This document shows positions 28,348 to 39,392 of a stretch of DNA of 64,000 nucleotides, piece after piece. The stretch is taken from assembly GCA_963790095.1 (NCBI GenBank), contig CAWBNO010000029.1, forward strand, positions 12,418 to 76,417, given 5' to 3'. The position numbers and the translations under genes are program-made. The notes beneath the pieces were generated by a model. The model was given only the letters and a program-made list of their open reading frames with translations. It did no database searches and was not told the origin of the DNA. Each line of letters begins with the position of its first letter. Position 1 is the first letter of the stretch. Source of the stretch: an uncultured delta proteobacterium (GTDB lineage: Bacteria; Desulfobacterota; Desulfobacteria; Desulfobacterales; UBA11574).

Positions 28348-28458
28348 ATCATAAGCTTGTAATTTATTAATGTCAAGCAAATTATATATAATTTATATAT
28401 AATTCTGTCGAATTAGAATATATTGTATTTTATTAAAATAAGTTACAATATATTGTGC
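28348..28458 (-). promoter_or_regulatory. sigma70 promoter with two NrdR-box-like palindromes
   Basis: TTGACA(28376-28371)-17-TATGAT(28353-28348); ACAATATATTGT at 28445 and a second box 30 bp away. Confidence 0.75.
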
Positions 28459-28697
28459 ATCAGCAGGTCGATATGTCTTATAAATTCCGATTGTTCCTGT
28501 TAAATTTCTCCTTTGGGACCGCTGTCTATCCGGATATTCCCATCCGAATTATTAAACTTTAAACCCTGATCGGCCCATAATCGAGATGAATGCTAAAATC
28601 CGTTGAAATAGAACGTATCCCTATCTCCTTATGGTTGCCCTCTGTTGGGTGTTCTTCATGAAAATTCGGCGGGACCCTGGCGGGTGAGCCGTTCGGG

Positions 28698-30230
28698 TTA
28701 GAGGCGCTTACCCCGATCAAGCGTCCGATATTGAACCGCTTCGGAAACGTGGTCGACCTTTACGTCCGGCGATTCGTCGAGATCGGCGATGGTGCGGGCA
28801 ATTTTCAGGATTCGGTTGTAGGCTCTTGCCGAAAGGCCGAGCTTGTCGATGGCAGTTTCAAGAAGTTCCGCAGAAGCATTGTCAATTTTGCAGTGTTTTT
28901 TAATATGCCGGTTGATCATCTGGGCGTTGCAGTAGATTTTCGTTCTTTTAAATCGTTGGAACTGGCGCGCTCGTGCAGCGGTAACACGCATCTTGATATC
29001 TTCCGATGATTCCGCATCGGACTCTCCGATCAGGTCTTTGTAGGCAACCGCCGGAACTTCAACGTGAATGTCGATCCGGTCCATCAAAGGACCGGATATC
29101 TTGGATCGGTATCGGTAAATCTGCGGATAGGTGCACCGGCACTCATGCTTAGGATCGGAAAAGTATCCGCAAGGGCAGGGATTCATTGCGGCCACCAGCA
29201 TAAAACCCGAAGGATACGTGATGCTCAAAGCAGCCCGGGAAATGGTGACCATAAGATCCTCCAAAGGCTGTCGGAGAACTTCGAGCACATGCTTCTTAAA
29301 TTCAGAAAGTTCATCTAAAAACAGAACGCCGTTATGTGCCAGACTGACTTCGCCGGGTCTTGGAATATGGCCGCCGCCGATTAAACCGGCATCCGATATG
29401 GTGTGATGGGGGGACCTAAAAGGCCTTTTGGTAATCAACGCCTCGTCTTTTGGAAGCATTCCGATGACACTGAATATTTTTGTGGTCTCGATGGCTTCTT
29501 CGAATGTCATCGGCGGAAGGATGGTGGGGAGACGTTTGGCCAGCATAGTCTTTCCTGAGCCGGGGGGACCGACCATGATGAGATTATGCCCCCCTGCAGC
29601 CGCCACTTCTAAAGATCGTTTTACGTGCTCTTGGCCCTGGACTTCGGAAAAATCGACATCAAAGTTTATTTTATGTTTAAATATGGATGAAAGATCTGTT
29701 TTTTCAGGTTTTATTTGAGAGAATCCGCGGAAAAAGCTGACAATTTGCGACAGTGATTTAACCGGCAGAACAATGATATCGTCCACAACCGACGCTTCGC
29801 GACGGTTGTCATAGGGAACGATGATTCCGGTGTAACGGGCACTTTTGGCGGCCAACGCCATGGGAAGAGAACCTTTCACAGGCTTAATACGACCGTCCAG
29901 AGAGAGCTCACCCAGGACAAGGTATTTGGAGATGATCTCCTGGGGTATGATCCGGGTTGCGGTGAGTATCCCCAACGCGATGGGCAGATCGAAACCGGTT
30001 CCTTCCTTTTTAATATGAGCCGGAGCGAGATTCACTGTGATTCTGTCATCGGGGAAGGTATAGCCCGAATTATTAATCGCAGACTTCACCCGTTCTTTGC
30101 TTTCTTTTACAGAAGCTTCCGGGAGCCCCACCGTCGTAAATGTGGGGAGTCCGGATGTAATATCAACTTCCACTTCCACCAGAAACGCATCAATTCCTAT
30201 AACAGCGCTACTTAAAACCTTTGCCAGCAC
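28698..30230 (-). CDS. comM: YifB/ComM Mg-chelatase-like AAA+ ATPase
   Basis: [42 protein letters not shown]. Confidence 0.93.
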   Translation of the reverse strand: MLAKVLSSAVIGIDAFLVEVEVDITSGLPTFTTVGLPEASVKESKERVKSAINNSGYTFPDDRITVNLAPAHIKKEGTGFDLPIALGILTATRIIPQEIISKYLVLGELSLDGRIKPVKGSLPMALAAKSARYTGIIVPYDNRREASVVDDIIVLPVKSLSQIVSFFRGFSQIKPEKTDLSSIFKHKINFDVDFSEVQGQEHVKRSLEVAAAGGHNLIMVGPPGSGKTMLAKRLPTILPPMTFEEAIETTKIFSVIGMLPKDEALITKRPFRSPHHTISDAGLIGGGHIPRPGEVSLAHNGVLFLDELSEFKKHVLEVLRQPLEDLMVTISRAALSITYPSGFMLVAAMNPCPCGYFSDPKHECRCTYPQIYRYRSKISGPLMDRIDIHVEVPAVAYKDLIGESDAESSEDIKMRVTAARARQFQRFKRTKIYCNAQMINRHIKKHCKIDNASAELLETAIDKLGLSARAYNRILKIARTIADLDESPDVKVDHVSEAVQYRTLDRGKRL

Positions 30231-30466
30231 GATTCCCCCTTTTTTAAATTCCAGAAATTTTAGTGGCGCGCGTAAAAGTGATGTTTTTCAAAATTGTGAA
30301 GTTTTAGTCACATTAAAATTATTCTTGTAAAAAAAGAATAATCCATATTAAGGTTAACTTAAAAGTTTTACCTTGATTTTCGTTGTTAAGTATTTATTTT
30401 ACAAACTCTTAGCAAAATATTCGTATCGATACAAATAAATCTTTAAATGTATAAAGTCTATATTCC

Positions 30467-31372
30467 ATGTATTTTAAACAAAGAACGATTTCAGCGCCGG
30501 TGAGCTGCTCGGGTGTTGGTGTCCATTCGGGGAAAAAAGTGAACGTGACCATTAAGCCGGCACCGTCCAATCACGGTATTAAATTCATCCGAACAGACCT
30601 TCTGGACTGTCCGGAAATATCCGCACATTTTAATATGGTTGTGGATACGAGCCTGGCAACGGTTATCGGGTATGAGGGCTTTATTGTTTCAACAATAGAG
30701 CACCTTATGGCCAGTTTTGCCGGCCTTTCCATCGACAACGCCCTGGTGGAGATCGATGCCTATGAAATGCCCATAATGGACGGTAGCGCCGGTCCTTTTA
30801 CGTCATTGATAAAATCAGCGGGAGTAGAGGATCAAGACGCGTCCAAATGTTTTTTTGTGGTCAAAGCACCCATCGAAATTAAACAAGACGGAAAAATGGT
30901 CGGTATATATCCACATCCGGGTTATAAGATAACCTGTACCATCGAATATGATCACCCCTTGATACAAAAGCAGTCCTATTCTGCAGACCTTTCGGATCAT
31001 GTTTTCGAGCATGAAATAAGTCGCGCCAGAACGTTTGGTTTTGTGCATGAATACGAATATCTAAAACGTTACGGTCTGGCCCGTGGCGTTTCCCTGGAGA
31101 ATGTCATCGCCATTGATACCGAGGATGTTCTCAATGATGGGGGGTTGCGGTATAAGGATGAGTTTGTGAGACATAAAATTCTCGATTGTATCGGCGATTT
31201 TTCACTTCTGGGGATGCCTATTTTAGGTCATGTGGTCGCCAGCAAATCCGGTCATGCCTTCAACCATGCTTTTCTTAAAAATTTCTTTGCCCAAAAAGAA
31301 TCATGGGAAACCCTTATAATCAGCGATCCAAACGAATTGCCTCCCGTTCAATCAAAATCACTTGCCATTTAA
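30467..31372 (+). CDS. lpxC: UDP-3-O-acyl-GlcNAc deacetylase
   Basis: QRTI, GVGVHSG, TIEHLM, PIMDGSA, ARTFGF, HKILD. Confidence 0.96.
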   Translation: MYFKQRTISAPVSCSGVGVHSGKKVNVTIKPAPSNHGIKFIRTDLLDCPEISAHFNMVVDTSLATVIGYEGFIVSTIEHLMASFAGLSIDNALVEIDAYEMPIMDGSAGPFTSLIKSAGVEDQDASKCFFVVKAPIEIKQDGKMVGIYPHPGYKITCTIEYDHPLIQKQSYSADLSDHVFEHEISRARTFGFVHEYEYLKRYGLARGVSLENVIAIDTEDVLNDGGLRYKDEFVRHKILDCIGDFSLLGMPILGHVVASKSGHAFNHAFLKNFFAQKESWETLIISDPNELPPVQSKSLAI

Positions 31373-31584
31373 GAAGGTATCCGCTATTAATCAAATTTAG
31401 TATCCTTTGGAGATAATTGCTAAAATTTCGCTCTTTAATCCAAGGTCCCGGGAACCTGCACATCGGGGAAAAAATTTGAGTCGAGTGAAAGCCCGATTCG
31501 GCATTGCACGTTATCGGGTATTGAATTGGGAATATTAATGGCCGCTCTTATATCTGTTACGCAAAGAAATACAAAATTATAACC

Positions 31585-32151
31585 ATGTCATTTATGAGCC
31601 GAAAAACCCTCGCCCTGCTCTTCCTTATCCTTTTTTTCGTTCAGAATTTGGCCGTTGCCCAAGAGGCAAGGTTGACAGACATCATCGTCACAAACACACA
31701 GGATGATCTTCTTGTTTATCTGAATGTCGAAGGGGCCTTTAGAGAAAAAATGAAAAAGGCCATCTTAAGTGGTGTTCCCACGCGCTTTTCATTTTTTGTG
31801 AGTCTTTATCGCGTCCGGACTCTATGGTTCGACGAAAAGATAACCGAAATCATGGTTACAAATACCGTTAAATACGACAATCTTAAAGAAGAGTTTACCA
31901 TAAAACGCTCCTGGGAAAAAAGCGGAACACGGGTTTCAAAATCTTTCGATGAGGCCAAGAAATTAATCACTGAAATCGACGGTCTGAAAATTGTCCCCCT
32001 CAAACAGCTTGAAAAAGATCAACGGTATCAATTGCGAACCAAAGCCGAACTCAGCAAAGTAACCCTTCCTTATTATTTACATTATGTCCTCTTTTTTGTT
32101 TCTCTTTGGGACTTTGAAACTGATTGGTATACTACAGATTTTACCTACTAA
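31585..32151 (+). CDS. exported DUF4390-like protein
   Basis: signal peptide; position upstream of the ntrY-like kinase; WDFETDW C-terminus. Confidence 0.7.
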   Translation: MSFMSRKTLALLFLILFFVQNLAVAQEARLTDIIVTNTQDDLLVYLNVEGAFREKMKKAILSGVPTRFSFFVSLYRVRTLWFDEKITEIMVTNTVKYDNLKEEFTIKRSWEKSGTRVSKSFDEAKKLITEIDGLKIVPLKQLEKDQRYQLRTKAELSKVTLPYYLHYVLFFVSLWDFETDWYTTDFTY

Positions 32152-32165
32152 AACAATCGGTCATT

Positions 32166-34403
32166 ATGAGTAACAACAGATATAAAAAGTCAGCATCCTA
32201 TATCTCGGAAGAAGAGCAGAACCGGCGAAAGCGTGAAGTCATTATCATTGTTGTCGTCATTGCTGTCATTGCGCTTCTCACGTTTGCCGAGAACCGCATC
32301 ATGCACTTTGGCGCCGGCATTCCCGTTTCCAATACCATCCTGATGTTTATTCTCATAAACATCAATCTACTCTTGCTCATTTTGTTGATCTTTCTTGTCT
32401 TCAGGAATCTGGTTAAGCTGCTTTACGACAGAAAACGAAAAGTGATGGGGGCAAAGCTTCGAACAAGACTGGTTGTGGCCTTTATTGCGCTGTCATTGTT
32501 GCCGACCATTGTTCTTTTTTTCTTTTCCATAAATTTTATTACCACCAGCATTGAATTCTGGTTTAACGTTCCTGTAGAGCAGGCCCTTGAGAATTCATTG
32601 CGTGTGGGACGAAGTTTATATTGGCATGCTGAAGAGACCAGCAGCTTCTTTATGGAAAGAATGTCGTATCAGGTAGAAGCGAAGAATCTTTTAGATCCAA
32701 AAAACAGAAAAGCCCTATTCCGCTATATACAAATCGTCCAGCGTGAGTTTAATTTAAATGCGGTAGAAATCTATACAGCGGATGCGGAGCGTCTGACATT
32801 TGCCCTTGCCCCGGGATTGGAAGACAAGCCTTTTGGAGTGATTTCCCCTGACGATCTCAAAAAAAATATACCGCTGAACAGTGTCAATACCGTTTCCGAA
32901 AGGATATCCTCGGGCGAGCTCATCAGAACCATCGGGACCATCCCCTTTGGCGTATCCTCCGGGGATGCGAAGGCCTTTGTGGCCCTGGCCAATCTCATGC
33001 CACCGGATCTCGCAGAAAACATGGCATCCATTTCAAGGGGTTATGAAGAATACCAGCAGATAAAACTTCTTAAAAAACCGATTCAGATTACCTACTACAT
33101 AACCCTCTCCATTGTGGCACTTTTGGTGGTATTCTGTGCGGTATGGTTCGGCTTCTATCTTGCCAAAACAATTACCATCCCCATCAGGGAGCTTGCTGAA
33201 GGGACCCGCAAGGTGGCCGAAGGAGATTTGAGTTTCAGCATCGGGATGGTGGCGGATGATGAGATCGGAAGTCTCGTCAACTCTTTTAACAAAATGACCA
33301 AAGATTTGCGGATCGGCAGGGATCAACTCGAGCTTTCCGCCCGTCTGCTTCGAGACCAGAACGTTGAGATTGAAAAAAGGCGTCAATACATGGAGATCGT
33401 ACTGAAGAACGTATCCGCCGGTGTTATAACACTGGACGCCGGTGGTTTCATTTCTACCATGAACAAGTCGGCTGAAAAGATGCTGAATCTCAAATCTGAA
33501 GAAATTATCAAGAAAAGTTATAAAAAAATTCTTAGCGGAGAGATGCTGGATCTGGCTGAGGAAGTTATGGAGCAGCTGAAAACGTCACGAAACGATGCGG
33601 TTAGATTGCCGTTAAAACTTGCCATAGACGGACGTCCCATGAGTTTTTTGATGCATATAAACGCCCTAAAAGACGACATTGGACAGCATATGGGTATCGT
33701 GATGGTGTTCGATGACCTGACGGAGCTTGAAAAGGCTCAGCGTATGGCCGCATGGCGCGAAGTTGCCAGAAGGATCGCCCATGAAGTAAAGAATCCATTA
33801 ACCCCCATATCCCTTTCAGCCCAGCGCCTTAAACGAAAGTATTCGGATCAGATCAAACAGCCGGTTTTTGACGAGTGCACCCAGACCATTACGGATCATG
33901 TGGAACTCATACGGAATCTCGTGGACGAATTCTCTTCGTTTGCAAGATTCCCCACGGCAAATCCAAAACCCGGTGATTTACCGCCCATCATCGAAGAGAC
34001 ACTGGCATTATACAAGGAGGGGCATAAGAGTATCAATTTTAATTTCAACATTACAGAAGAGATTCCTCGCCTTAACCTTGACCGCCAGCAAATAAAGCAG
34101 GCGATGATCAATCTCGTGGACAATGCTATTGCTTCCATAAGGAATGAAGGCAATATTTTAATAACACTCACCCATGATCCAATTCTGAAAATCGTTCGAT
34201 TAGAAGTAGCTGACGATGGCGTGGGCATTTCCGATATTGATAAAACGCGCCTTTTTGAGCCATATTTTTCAACGAAAAAAGCCGGGATGGGTTTAGGACT
34301 TACCATCGTAAGCAGTATTATTACGGATCATAACGGAATGATACGTGTTCAGGACAACAAGCCCAAGGGCGCCAAGTTTGTTGTCGATTTGCCGGTGAAT
34401 TAA
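32166..34403 (+). CDS. ntrY: NtrY-like PAS sensor histidine kinase
   Basis: 3+1 TM, HAMP, PAS, AQRMAAWREVARRIAHEVKNPLTPI. Confidence 0.88.
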   Translation: MSNNRYKKSASYISEEEQNRRKREVIIIVVVIAVIALLTFAENRIMHFGAGIPVSNTILMFILININLLLLILLIFLVFRNLVKLLYDRKRKVMGAKLRTRLVVAFIALSLLPTIVLFFFSINFITTSIEFWFNVPVEQALENSLRVGRSLYWHAEETSSFFMERMSYQVEAKNLLDPKNRKALFRYIQIVQREFNLNAVEIYTADAERLTFALAPGLEDKPFGVISPDDLKKNIPLNSVNTVSERISSGELIRTIGTIPFGVSSGDAKAFVALANLMPPDLAENMASISRGYEEYQQIKLLKKPIQITYYITLSIVALLVVFCAVWFGFYLAKTITIPIRELAEGTRKVAEGDLSFSIGMVADDEIGSLVNSFNKMTKDLRIGRDQLELSARLLRDQNVEIEKRRQYMEIVLKNVSAGVITLDAGGFISTMNKSAEKMLNLKSEEIIKKSYKKILSGEMLDLAEEVMEQLKTSRNDAVRLPLKLAIDGRPMSFLMHINALKDDIGQHMGIVMVFDDLTELEKAQRMAAWREVARRIAHEVKNPLTPISLSAQRLKRKYSDQIKQPVFDECTQTITDHVELIRNLVDEFSSFARFPTANPKPGDLPPIIEETLALYKEGHKSINFNFNITEEIPRLNLDRQQIKQAMINLVDNAIASIRNEGNILITLTHDPILKIVRLEVADDGVGISDIDKTRLFEPYFSTKKAGMGLGLTIVSSIITDHNGMIRVQDNKPKGAKFVVDLPVN

Positions 34404-34422
34404 CAATCAAGGAGCTAAAAAT

Positions 34423-35805
34423 ATGTTTCCTTCTATTTTAATTGTAGATGACGAGCCTTCCATATTGAAGTCTTTAGGCGGGCTCCTTTCAGATGAAGGG
34501 TTTGGGGTCGCAACGGCCGCCAATGGGTATGAGGCGTTGAAAATCGTTGCTACCGAATCGCCGGATCTCGTGTTGCTCGATATTTGGATGCCGGGTATCG
34601 ATGGTATTGAAACATTAAAGGAGATAAAGAAGGACAATCCGCACATACAGGTTATCATCATATCCGGACACGGAAACATCGAAACTGCTGTAAAAGCCAC
34701 AAAACTGGGGGCATTCGACTTGATCGAAAAACCCCTCTCCATCGATAAGGTCATTGTGTCGATCAATAACGCATTGAATTTCAGACGGCTGGAGGAAGAA
34801 AACAGATATCTGCGGAAAAAGACTTTAGAAAAAAACTCCATTACCGGAAACAGCCCCCCCATTGTCGCATTGAAAAAACAGATCGCCGTTTCAGCGCCGA
34901 CAGAGGCATGGATTTTGATCACCGGGGAGAATGGAACCGGCAAGGAACTGGCTGCACGAACCATACACCAGCTCAGCTCCAGAGCAGAGCATCCCCTCAT
35001 CGATGTTCACTGTGCCGCAATTCCTGAAGAACTCATTGAAAGTGAATTGTTCGGTCAAGAAAAAGGCGCGTTTTCCAGCGCTTTGGCCAAAAAAATCGGC
35101 AAATTCGAGCTGGCCAATAAAGGCACGATTTTTTTTGACGAGATCGGTGACATGAGTCTAAAAACTCAGTCAAAGATTCTTCGGGTTCTACAGGAACAGC
35201 AGTTTCAGCGGGTCGGGGGCAGCAGAACATTGAGTGTCAATGTTCGGGTCATTGCATCCACCAATAAAGATCTTGAAAAAGAGATCGAAAAGGGAACATT
35301 CAGAGAAGATATTTACTACCGGCTGAATGTGATCCCCATAGAGGTGCCGCCGTTAAGGAATCGTTTTGAGGATATTCCCCAGTTGGTGGAAATATTTTTA
35401 AATGAATGTGCCCAGCAGAATCGAAGTAAAAAGAAGGAAATCACCCGGGAAGCGATTGATCTGTTATGCAAATATTCATGGCCTGGAAACGTCAGGGAGT
35501 TGAAAAATTTGATTGAGCGTCTGGCCATTATGGTTGGCAAAGAAGTTATCGATAAAACAGAAATCCCTGCGCCCTACAACCCCAATTCAAGGGACGAAAA
35601 AACATCCATCGAAGCACAGCTTTTTTTGAGCGATTCTTTAAAAGACGCCAAAATGATTTTTGAAAGAGAATTTATTCAAAGAAAGCTTATGCAGAACCAT
35701 AACAATATCAACAAAACCGCTAAGTCAATGGGGGTTGAGAAGAATTATTTGAATAAACGGATCAACACCCTCAAACTATCCGCAAAACAGGAGACCAAAG
35801 ACTGA
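34423..35805 (+). CDS. ntrX: NtrX-like response regulator (AAA+ with degenerate GAFTGA)
   Basis: LDIWMP, ISGHGNIETAV, GENGTGKE, GAFSSA; downstream of ntrY. Confidence 0.85.
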   Translation: MFPSILIVDDEPSILKSLGGLLSDEGFGVATAANGYEALKIVATESPDLVLLDIWMPGIDGIETLKEIKKDNPHIQVIIISGHGNIETAVKATKLGAFDLIEKPLSIDKVIVSINNALNFRRLEEENRYLRKKTLEKNSITGNSPPIVALKKQIAVSAPTEAWILITGENGTGKELAARTIHQLSSRAEHPLIDVHCAAIPEELIESELFGQEKGAFSSALAKKIGKFELANKGTIFFDEIGDMSLKTQSKILRVLQEQQFQRVGGSRTLSVNVRVIASTNKDLEKEIEKGTFREDIYYRLNVIPIEVPPLRNRFEDIPQLVEIFLNECAQQNRSKKKEITREAIDLLCKYSWPGNVRELKNLIERLAIMVGKEVIDKTEIPAPYNPNSRDEKTSIEAQLFLSDSLKDAKMIFEREFIQRKLMQNHNNINKTAKSMGVEKNYLNKRINTLKLSAKQETKD

Positions 35806-35820
35806 ACCTACGAAAGAGAT

Positions 35821-36381
35821 ATGGGATTGAGAATCATCGCGGGGGAATTTAAAGGAAAGAAGCTGTACTCGGTTCGAGGTAAAACCATCCGGCCCACGGC
35901 AGACCGAACGCGAGAATCGATGTTTAATATCCTTTCCCATCAAGTTCCAGGGGCGATTGTTCTGGACCTGTTTGCCGGAACAGGTGCTTTGGGTATCGAG
36001 GCCCTGAGCCGTGGCGCTGAATCCTCGGTGTTTGTGGATAACAGCAGAGAATCTTTATCGGTGATACGGCGCAATGTCGAATCGTGTGCCCTCGATGACC
36101 GGGCCAACATTATTAAATGGAACATCGAAAAGAATTTAAATTGCTTAAAAGCGGTGAAAACCGGCTTTGATCTTGTGTTTATAGATCCCCCTTACCACCG
36201 GAATTTGCTGAAACCGACCCTCTTCAATATAGATCAAAGCAACTCTTTGAAAAACGGGACCTGCATCGTTGTCGAACACGCTTCTTTGGAACCTATTCCC
36301 ACAGATCTTTTGGCATTTGAGCTTACCGATCAGAGACGATACGGGAAAACCCTTGTTTCATTCTTAAATTATGTGATATGA
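35821..36381 (+). CDS. rsmD: 16S rRNA m2G966 methyltransferase
   Basis: RIIAG, RPTADR, LDLFAGTGALGIEALSRGA, DPPY. Confidence 0.93.
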   Translation: MGLRIIAGEFKGKKLYSVRGKTIRPTADRTRESMFNILSHQVPGAIVLDLFAGTGALGIEALSRGAESSVFVDNSRESLSVIRRNVESCALDDRANIIKWNIEKNLNCLKAVKTGFDLVFIDPPYHRNLLKPTLFNIDQSNSLKNGTCIVVEHASLEPIPTDLLAFELTDQRRYGKTLVSFLNYVI

Positions 36382-36499
36382 GAATATTTTTTAAAAATTG
36401 CCGTACTGACAACATTTAGTTGGGACTAAACAGACAGCCCCCGACAGACACCTCCGTACCATCGGGGCGACAGCTCAGACCAGAGAAGGAAGATAATCG

Positions 36500-36988
36500 A
36501 TGCAAAGAATTGCCATATATCCGGGGTCCTTCGATCCTGTTACCAACGGTCATGTTGATATTGCGCAAAGAGGACTCAGACTCTTTGACAAAATTATTGT
36601 CGCTATCTTGGAGAACCCGGTAAAAAATTTTCTCTTCACCGTCGAAGAACGGATGGAGATGCTGAAGTCAAGCTTTGAAGAATATCCCAACATTGAAGTG
36701 GAAACCTTTGACGGGCTCCTTGTGGATTATGCCGCCAAGAAAGATTCCATTGCCATACTCCGGGGGATGCGCGCTGTGTCTGATTTTGAATATGAATTCC
36801 AGCTGGCGCTCATGAACCGGAAGCTGAACAGAGATGTTCAGACCGTCTTTTTGATGACAAGCCTGCGATGGATCTTCACCAGCTCGTCAATCATAAAAGA
36901 GGCGGCACGGTTTGGCGGCGATATAAAAGGGATGGTGCCCCCCATTGTCAACGAGAAATTGAAGGAAAAATTCAAACGGTCAAGATAG
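36500..36988 (+). CDS. coaD: phosphopantetheine adenylyltransferase
   Basis: IYPGSFDPVTNGH, RGMRAVSDFEYE. Confidence 0.96.
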   Translation: MQRIAIYPGSFDPVTNGHVDIAQRGLRLFDKIIVAILENPVKNFLFTVEERMEMLKSSFEEYPNIEVETFDGLLVDYAAKKDSIAILRGMRAVSDFEYEFQLALMNRKLNRDVQTVFLMTSLRWIFTSSSIIKEAARFGGDIKGMVPPIVNEKLKEKFKRSR

Positions 36989-36993
36989 ACACA

Positions 36994-37293
36994 TCACTCA
37001 AAAAAAACCTCCGTGTCCGGCAACTCGATTTCCTTTGGGAAATTATCAAAGGGAAAGGGTTTTTCATTTTCATTCAACGAAACATACCGGAGAACCCGGT
37101 ACCCATAAGCAGACACCTTGTTTGAAAAATTTCTGACTGGATCGTTGTAAGTTTTTGAAATGAGCAAGTAAACATATTGAAATATAACAGAAACCTGAAT
37201 GATAATTTTAATAATCTCAAATACAATCAGAAACAGGATGGTATAAAGCAAACGAACGGCTATCTTTTTACGTGAAAATGGCTTGGAATTCAT
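36994..37293 (-). CDS. DUF4389-like small membrane protein
   Basis: RLLYTILF...QY...KPFPF pattern; GAGGA RBS. Confidence 0.7.
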   Translation of the reverse strand: MNSKPFSRKKIAVRLLYTILFLIVFEIIKIIIQVSVIFQYVYLLISKTYNDPVRNFSNKVSAYGYRVLRYVSLNENEKPFPFDNFPKEIELPDTEVFFE

Positions 37294-37345
37294 CGATTCT
37301 CCTCTCTAAACGGGCAGCAAAAAGTTTGATCAAGAACTTAAGTTT

Positions 37346-37410
37346 GATGAACTCGTAAAAAGTCTAATTTTGCTCGATGTTCCTCACAAAAGACTTTTTA
37401 CGAAACCGTC
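37346..37410. mobile_element. MITE-like element, short form
   Basis: GATGAACTCGTAAAAAGTC..GACTTTTTACGAAACCGTC, AAGTTT direct repeat; inverted, internally deleted version of 21512-21701. Confidence 0.8.
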
Positions 37411-37522
37411 AAGTTTCGTAACATCATTTTATAGCAGAGCCACCTAAAGCATTCATTTCGCATCCCGCTTTCAGCAGATTCCCTTCATGGGTCCACACCC
37501 CATTTGAACCCTTTTAAAGCGT

Positions 37523-38098
37523 TCAACAGGTCATTGAGATGATGTTGTCACAGATTTTCATCAAATCTTCCGTCCGGTTTTTTTCTCGTCGAGTGAGTTC
37601 GGAATCGGTGAATGTACTGCCGTAATAGGCGTTGATGATCTGTGTGGACGCGGTGTCGAGGATCTCTACAAATCGCTGAAAATGACCGGCCTGAAGGTAG
37701 AGGGTCGCGTCGTTGACAAACAGTATCCCTTTTTTTTTCTGATATAATTTTACGAAGAGTTTTTCAATGGCCGTTGAATTATTTTCCGCCAGCTGCCGGA
37801 TATGGTTTTCGTTTCTGCCGGTAAGGCGGGGCGCTGAGATGGATGTCGTTAAATAGACGACCGGTTCATCCAAAGGCGGTTCCATTTTCCCGCCGACGCC
37901 GCCGACGGAATCCGGGGCAAGATCGAGTATTGCGATATTTTTCCCATACCCTGCCCTTAAGAAGCCTTGCAGTATCTTTTGCGTTCGGCCGGTCTTACCG
38001 GAGTTGGCGTCTCCCACAATGAGGGTTCGCCGGTCTATATATTCTTCGATGGCGTCCATTATTTCCTGTTCATTGAAATGGGTCCGGTGTCGATCCAT
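37523..38098 (-). CDS. small P-loop NTPase-like hypothetical protein
   Basis: TLIVGDANSGKT Walker A-like motif; ILFVND. Confidence 0.6.
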   Translation of the reverse strand: MDRHRTHFNEQEIMDAIEEYIDRRTLIVGDANSGKTGRTQKILQGFLRAGYGKNIAILDLAPDSVGGVGGKMEPPLDEPVVYLTTSISAPRLTGRNENHIRQLAENNSTAIEKLFVKLYQKKKGILFVNDATLYLQAGHFQRFVEILDTASTQIINAYYGSTFTDSELTRREKNRTEDLMKICDNIISMTC

Positions 38099-38110
38099 AT
38101 AAGATTCTGC

Positions 38111-39358
38111 TCATCCGCTCCAGATCCCGGTTTTGGCCAAAATGAAGCGCACTGCCAGCAAGGTGGTGATCGACAGAGCCCCAGCGCCGATGAGATTAAG
38201 GAGCCATCCGTTGCGATGGCCTTTGGCCCATTGCTTCTGGTTGAGCAAAAAAAGCAGGATAAATACCACCAAAGGCGTACCGCAGAGACCCAGGGCCAGC
38301 ATGACCACCAGCAATATCAAGAAACTGCCCTTTACCAACGGTCCCACAAGACTTATCAAACATCCCAAAAAAACAACACTCTTGAACCGGGGACCCCGGA
38401 CGCTGATGGTCCATTTCATTTTGTCAGCAATGAAATAACCGGCAGCCAGATAGGTGGGCATGATGGTGGAGAATACGGCTGCCCAGAAACCGGCCAGAAA
38501 GATACCATGGGCATAAACCCCCAACACCGGTTTGAGTGGTCGGGCCAGATCAAAGGCTGTTTTAACTTCGATTCCCTGGGGATGAAGAACCGACGCCGCC
38601 GCCACAAATAGGGTGACACTGTAAATACCGAAGGCCAAGAACATGGACAGGAAGGTGTCCGTCCAAGCCAGCCCCATCTCCTCGGGTCCCCAGTTTCGGG
38701 CGTTTACGTTATAGGTATGCATGGCGATGATGGTCACGTGAACGGCACCCCCCATAATTCCGGCCATCATCAGCGCGCCTTGGGAACCGGGGGTAAACGT
38801 GGGAACCAGCCCTCTGGCCATCCCGCTCAGATCGGGCCTTATCTTGATCACGGTGACGACAAAGCAGACCACCACCATGGATACCAGGATCTTGCAGACC
38901 CTTTCCACCCAACGGTACCCGCCGATGCCCACCAGGAAAAAAATCAGAACCACATAGAACAGAGACCACCAGGGCGTAAGCACCCCCGTGACAAGGCCGG
39001 TGGTTTCCACAAGGGCCTTCATCAACACCGCGGCCGCCAGCCAGGTCGCCAACAGCGCATCGATCATCAAGGTCCAGGCCCATACGTTACCCCAGCGCTC
39101 CTCCACCAGGGCGATAATCCCTTTCCCGCCGATGAGCCCCACTTTGGCTGCCATGAATTGTACCACAAAGGCCAAAAGAGCGCTTAATACCACCACCCAT
39201 AACAACTGATACCCGTAATGGGCGCCGGCAATGGAGACACTGGCCATGGTGGCCGGCCCACAGGCCACCGCGCTGATAACCCAAGCCGGCCCCATCTGCC
39301 GGAAAAATCGGCCAAAGACGGCGGGCGCACGATGATCTGAGTTCCTTGGGGATTGCAT
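38111..39358 (-). CDS. NRAMP/MntH-like divalent cation transporter family protein
   Basis: GPAWVISAVACGPAT, AGAHYGYQLLW, about 11 TM segments. Confidence 0.8.
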   Translation of the reverse strand: MQSPRNSDHRAPAVFGRFFRQMGPAWVISAVACGPATMASVSIAGAHYGYQLLWVVVLSALLAFVVQFMAAKVGLIGGKGIIALVEERWGNVWAWTLMIDALLATWLAAAVLMKALVETTGLVTGVLTPWWSLFYVVLIFFLVGIGGYRWVERVCKILVSMVVVCFVVTVIKIRPDLSGMARGLVPTFTPGSQGALMMAGIMGGAVHVTIIAMHTYNVNARNWGPEEMGLAWTDTFLSMFLAFGIYSVTLFVAAASVLHPQGIEVKTAFDLARPLKPVLGVYAHGIFLAGFWAAVFSTIMPTYLAAGYFIADKMKWTISVRGPRFKSVVFLGCLISLVGPLVKGSFLILLVVMLALGLCGTPLVVFILLFLLNQKQWAKGHRNGWLLNLIGAGALSITTLLAVRFILAKTGIWSG

Positions 39359-39392
39359 GTGGAAACCTCTTATAAAAAAACCCGGTGAACGC

